The notes beneath the pieces were generated by a model that was not told where the DNA came from, made no database searches, and saw only the letters and a list, made by a program, of their open reading frames with translations. DNA of 64,000 nucleotides from a virus: positions 288,001 through 352,000 of IMG/VR virus record IMGVR_UViG_3300045988_174371; one strand, given 5' to 3'. Shown here piece by piece: positions 60,362 to 64,000 of the stretch. Position numbers and translations under genes: made by a program. The first letter of the stretch is position 1, and the number at the start of each line of letters is the position of its first letter.

Positions 60362-61321
60362 CTACAAACCAAACATGAACCTAAAGAACTTAGAGCCAAA
60401 CGACTCTTTCTGCTCCTCAACCTCAATCGCATCTTCAGTCTCTTCAGTCATCAATTCCACCTCCTCACTGAACTGCGTAGGCGACACATCGCCGTGTGTT
60501 TCCATTGCCCGCTCCTCCATATCCCAAAACCACTTTTCTAGCATGGGATAGCGCCCATGCGTTACATCTTCTCTCTGGAACACCCTTGGAATATGGTCTG
60601 ACAAACCCATAGGTGGAAGCATCTTATACCGTCTACCCGAAGTATCCATCCGCTCTAAGATGCGCTCCCGCACATCCGCCATATACGACAGATACGGAAT
60701 AGTAATTGTCACCACAGGTTTCTCACCGAACAGTATCGCCGGAGTACGCCCCGTCAAGGCATCTATCGCAACACAGTAGCCCAGCTTTTCCAACCTGCGA
60801 CTCAATGCGTCCATCTCAGCATAGTTATCCCGCGCCACAACCATAGGGACATCGAACCCGTCACCCGTCCCAGCCCGCGCCTCCACCTCAGGATACTCAA
60901 GATGCTTAAATAGAAGTAGGTCACCGTCAGTACCGTAAGCATCCTCACGCGGCGGCTTACCAAGCAGATATGCCGACGCATCTAACCCCGACACCTCAAT
61001 CACACAATGCGTATAGCTCTTCCAAAGAAGTATGCACGTATCGCACTCCTGTGATGCGCAGGTATGCGCCTGTAACTGCAAAGATACTTGCGCGCTCTGC
61101 TTTTCGAGCTTGTCGAAAGTCCTCCGGGATAAGTACTGATTGGGGAGGTGACGTTTCTTCTCCTTGCTCTCCTGCGTGGCAACGTGGAGAAAACCGTCTT
61201 TAGAGTGGGCTTCATTAGCGGCACTCACCCATTCCCAATGATTCAGCATCATCTCAAGGGAATCAAGCATCCGCATGTAGTCGGTCATACTGTTCGGTGT
61301 CATAGCTCGTTCATCATGCAT
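60362..61321 (-). CDS. hypothetical protein (319 aa)
   Basis: Co-directional ORF. GGTAGAAT lies about 8 nt upstream of the ATG, so the mRNA may be leaderless. Confidence 0.65.
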   Translation of the reverse strand: MHDERAMTPNSMTDYMRMLDSLEMMLNHWEWVSAANEAHSKDGFLHVATQESKEKKRHLPNQYLSRRTFDKLEKQSAQVSLQLQAHTCASQECDTCILLWKSYTHCVIEVSGLDASAYLLGKPPREDAYGTDGDLLLFKHLEYPEVEARAGTGDGFDVPMVVARDNYAEMDALSRRLEKLGYCVAIDALTGRTPAILFGEKPVVTITIPYLSYMADVRERILERMDTSGRRYKMLPPMGLSDHIPRVFQREDVTHGRYPMLEKWFWDMEERAMETHGDVSPTQFSEEVELMTEETEDAIEVEEQKESFGSKFFRFMFGL

Positions 61322-61359
61322 GAGAAGATTCTACCGCATTTGATGGCATATACGGAAAC

Positions 61360-61405
61360 GTGGCATGGACACTAGAGGTTCTTATATCTCTAGTGCCCAT
61401 GCCAC
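61360..61405. terminator. hairpin
   Basis: gtggcatggacactagag / ctctagtgcccatgccac, with one mismatch. Confidence 0.6.
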
Positions 61406-61420
61406 ATCTGTCTATGCGTG

Positions 61421-62200
61421 TTATGCGTCAGTGCGGCGCGAGAGAGTCACCCACACAGGGTAAGCGAGAACCGTGCCGTCGTCGTAACTCTGAACCTCAA
61501 AGCCTTCTTCGTGGTTGGCGGCTACGCTACTGAAATGAGTCCCTGCGGCGAAGGGGTTGCTACCCTTCACATCCTCAATTTCCTGTGCGTGGACAAGTTC
61601 GCGGAGCTTACCTGCATCGTCAAAGAGCGCTCGGTGAGGTAGGCTGTTCGTAATGCGAATAATTGGGCTGTGGATTGCTCCACCAGCGGCGGGCGGCGCA
61701 CCCAAAGCCACAAAAGTATTATGAGTGTCTTTCTGCTCGGTGTCACAAACAACCCAGCCAGATAGAGTGAGTGCATCCTTCTTTACGTAAGGGGCTACAG
61801 TGACCTTCACAGGGGTGATGAACACCAAGTCGCCTTCGCGGTAGAACTTCTCATTGATGGTTACGGAACCTGTCGTGTCAAGAGGTCGCGGGTCATAGGA
61901 ACCTACGACGCGGGCGACGACGGAAGCGCCAGAATGGATGATGCCGCCCGTGGAGAAGGTAATCGTCTTTACGATTCGCTTAATCTGCTCTTCCAGGTCG
62001 TCGTTGCTGTCCATCCTGCCTGCCTGCAACATCATGCCCGTGGGACGGATAGGTGCAATGACTGAAGCGTTACTATCTGCCGCATCAGGAAGTGCTAGAA
62101 GGTGTTTCTTCACAACATACCCTACACCAATCTCTTTCGGGGTGATTACGGTGAGAACGGCGGCTTCCTTGGGAGAAATAGTCTCAATTTCGAAACTCAT
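61421..62200 (-). CDS. hypothetical protein (259 aa)
   Basis: Co-directional ORF, 2 nt from the upstream gene. Confidence 0.7.
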   Translation of the reverse strand: MSFEIETISPKEAAVLTVITPKEIGVGYVVKKHLLALPDAADSNASVIAPIRPTGMMLQAGRMDSNDDLEEQIKRIVKTITFSTGGIIHSGASVVARVVGSYDPRPLDTTGSVTINEKFYREGDLVFITPVKVTVAPYVKKDALTLSGWVVCDTEQKDTHNTFVALGAPPAAGGAIHSPIIRITNSLPHRALFDDAGKLRELVHAQEIEDVKGSNPFAAGTHFSSVAANHEEGFEVQSYDDGTVLAYPVWVTLSRRTDA

Positions 62201-62202
62201 GG

Positions 62203-62850
62203 CTAGTTACCTGCTTCCTGCTCGTCAAAGTACTTGTTCATGGCGGCTACTAGTTCCTTAGTGATGACCAGTGCGTCGCTCCATTCCTTATGGAAGCCGT
62301 ACACAGGCTCAAGACCTAGGTCTGCTCTGACCTTCCCCGCGTAAGAAACGCCTTCAAGGACATCATCGACGCGGTACAGTGAGCCTGCTAGACCCTGTGC
62401 GCCAATCTTGCAGTACACAGGGTGAAGGTTCATCGATTCCCACATCCTTGAACGGTAATTGTTCGTGGAGTCCTTCGGCGGGTAAGAAATATAGTTGTTG
62501 CTCAGGGCAGTAGGAACGACAAGTAGCTCAGGCTCCTTACCAGCACTCGAAGGTAGTGGCTTAGGGTATGCCTGAGCGATAGCTTTAGCGGTGTCCTCAG
62601 ACCATAGCATCGGAGGCATGGTTCGTTTATTGCCTCTGCTCATGCGTAGGGTAACTGCGTCTGGTCGGTAGGTTGCTGAGAGACTGTCTGCGGTTAGGTT
62701 GGTGTCGCCGCGCAAGTCTTCACGTTTGTCCTTAATGTAGTCTACAAGACCCTTAGGGTTGTACATCTTGGGTAGCGCCGCAATCTTGTCGCGGTCTACG
62801 GGTGGCTTGCGGTTCGGCGGGGTGGTGACGTTCTCGTCTAGGAAACCCAT
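62203..62850 (-). CDS. hypothetical protein (215 aa)
   Basis: Co-directional ORF in a tightly packed operon. Confidence 0.7.
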   Translation of the reverse strand: MGFLDENVTTPPNRKPPVDRDKIAALPKMYNPKGLVDYIKDKREDLRGDTNLTADSLSATYRPDAVTLRMSRGNKRTMPPMLWSEDTAKAIAQAYPKPLPSSAGKEPELLVVPTALSNNYISYPPKDSTNNYRSRMWESMNLHPVYCKIGAQGLAGSLYRVDDVLEGVSYAGKVRADLGLEPVYGFHKEWSDALVITKELVAAMNKYFDEQEAGN

Positions 62851-62866
62851 TTGTTCTCCTTCGTGC

Positions 62867-63142
62867 TTATTTCTTAGTGGGGTGGGTTACGGTCTTGTTG
62901 GGCAGAGGGGCGAAGCAGAACTCTGCCATGTCCTCGTAGACATATTCGGCTACTCGGTTGAGGCTATCTTCAACGGCTTTAGCGGCTACTGAAATTTGGT
63001 GCTCAACTGGCTTATTGACGTTTATGCGTTTTAGCTGTTGAGCAAGTAACGGTGCGGACTTCTTGCAATCCAGGATGTAATGGTGGCGTATAGTTGCCGC
63101 GCGGAGAGTGTGCTCCACGTTGCTGACGTTATTCTCAGTCAT
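62867..63142 (-). CDS. hypothetical protein (91 aa)
   Basis: Its start overlaps the upstream stop by 1 nt. Confidence 0.6.
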   Translation of the reverse strand: MTENNVSNVEHTLRAATIRHHYILDCKKSAPLLAQQLKRINVNKPVEHQISVAAKAVEDSLNRVAEYVYEDMAEFCFAPLPNKTVTHPTKK

Positions 63143-63510
63143 TAGGACACTGCACCTTCCTGCGTGGAGGCTACTTCAAAGAGTACTCGGTGGTGAGTCT
63201 CGCCACCTGCCCCAGCTTTCTCCTGGTGGTATACGGGGGTCATCTTATACTTCCCCCCAGTTTTCACACTGAAAGCGTCAGTGAGCTCATGTACGGTGTA
63301 GTCGAAATTGTAGCTAGGTGCCTCAGTCCCTACCGACCACGTGCCTTTGAATGCGCTGTATGCTTCTGCGTAGACTTCGCGGGGTAGCTTTGAAGTGACA
63401 CCAGCGGTAGGGGCGCATTCTTCGAAGCGGGCACTCTTAACATACATGTGTGAGCCTACGATGCATTCTGCTACAACGTAGTTGATGAAGTTGATTTTAC
63501 TGGTTGCCAT
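63142..63510 (-). CDS. hypothetical protein (122 aa)
   Basis: Overlaps the upstream gene by 14 nt, which suggests an operon. Confidence 0.6.
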   Translation of the reverse strand: MATSKINFINYVVAECIVGSHMYVKSARFEECAPTAGVTSKLPREVYAEAYSAFKGTWSVGTEAPSYNFDYTVHELTDAFSVKTGGKYKMTPVYHQEKAGAGGETHHRVLFEVASTQEGAVS

Positions 63511-64000
63511 TGTGGGTTTCCTCCTTAACCTTCTTCCAGGTCTCCCTTGCGGCTTCAGTTTGAGCCTTCAATACCGCAGACGCATTGACTACAGCTTCAC
63601 GGAGTACCTTCTCTGCGGCAATCAAGCCCTCAGTAGTGTTTCCGGTATGCACCGCCTCAGCGATAAGGGACTCAATATTCTTCGTCTCCTCGCGGGTTAC
63701 ACCTCGCTCCTGTAGAGCTACAGCTCGGGAGCGCCAGGTGGCGAGGCGGTTCTGAACGACAAGTTCTGAGATGCACTTATCTAGTAGAGCGATACACTCC
63801 TCCACGGTCTCGGTTTCGAAGACATAAGTGGTCAGGATAGTGGTTTCACTCTCCGGGTTGGACGTTCGGAACAGCAGGAAGTAATTGCCGTTACGTTCCT
63901 TCTTCGTCGCCAAAGTTCCAACCACTTCACCGTCGTCAGTTGTCTGCACGGTAGTGCCATCAGGGGTGTATAGTAGCGTAGGGTAGCGCTCCTTCCCTGA
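63497..64000 (-). CDS. hypothetical protein, probably 5'-truncated by the window edge
   Basis: The frame stays open from 63949 to 64000 (SGKERYPTLLYTPDGTT-VQTTDDGE...). The GTG at 63949 has no SD. Confidence 0.55.
   Translation of the reverse strand, partial: SGKERYPTLLYTPDGTTVQTTDDGEVVGTLATKKERNGNYFLLFRTSNPESETTILTTYVFETETVEECIALLDKCISELVVQNRLATWRSRAVALQERGVTREETKNIESLIAEAVHTGNTTEGLIAAEKVLREAVVNASAVLKAQTEAARETWKKVKEETHNGNQ

Noticed and set aside
1-64000. A CRISPR array or other regularly spaced repeat array among the many perfect hairpins.
   Set aside because: Every hairpin has a unique sequence and sits singly in an intergenic gap. No direct repeats with constant spacing were seen, and no cas genes are present.
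61421-64000. The tightly packed operon at the right edge as phage structural (capsid or tail) genes.
   Set aside because: The packing and overlaps resemble a phage morphogenesis module. However, I could not recognise any capsid, portal, tail-tube or tape-measure signature in the translated sequences, so no such call is made.

Overview
This 64-kb window is transcribed almost in one direction. Most predicted genes and all 8 tRNA genes are on the minus strand, and most products are orphan proteins. All calls come from reading the sequence and recognising motifs; no similarity search was possible.

Recognisable genes:
- A full-length secA whose P-loop (GEGK|T) is interrupted by a 307-aa intein with class-3 hallmarks.
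- A C5-cytosine DNA methyltransferase.
- A solo TnpB (IS200/IS605-type RNA-guided nuclease) that may have split a membrane-protein gene.
- A cell-surface module: a sortase-like transpeptidase, a lipoprotein, and a 902-aa wall-anchored adhesin with AgI/II-like A-V-P-C architecture.
- A two-gene VWA / MoxR-type AAA+ operon.
- tRNAs Ser(GCU), Gly(CCC), Thr(CGU), Pro(UGG), Ser(UGA), Gln(CUG), Gln(UUG) and Met/Ile2(CAU).

Two lineage-specific gene expansions are the best candidates for an undescribed system:
- 19.0-39.5 kb: four tandem ~800-850-aa paralogues, one of them frameshifted, plus three otherwise unrelated proteins. All begin with the same short His/Cys knuckle (H..G..C....CP[YF]..H).
- 45.7-58.8 kb: seven paralogues that combine a [DG]NA-repeat beta-helix-like N-terminus with a conserved C..H..CxC..YPL..G.P.A..YF C-terminal module. 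They flank the VWA/MoxR operon.

Transcription signals are very uniform. There are extended -10 boxes (TGnTAnnnT, often TGGTACACT or TGCTATAnT) with no obvious -35, many perfect GC-rich hairpins, and two promoter-plus-terminator units with no convincing ORF (candidate ncRNAs).

The replicon cannot be identified from this window. The content fits either a very large phage or mobile element of a monoderm (sortase-using) host, or a hypervariable island of a reduced-genome bacterium. No rRNA genes, CRISPR arrays or recognisable virion genes were seen.
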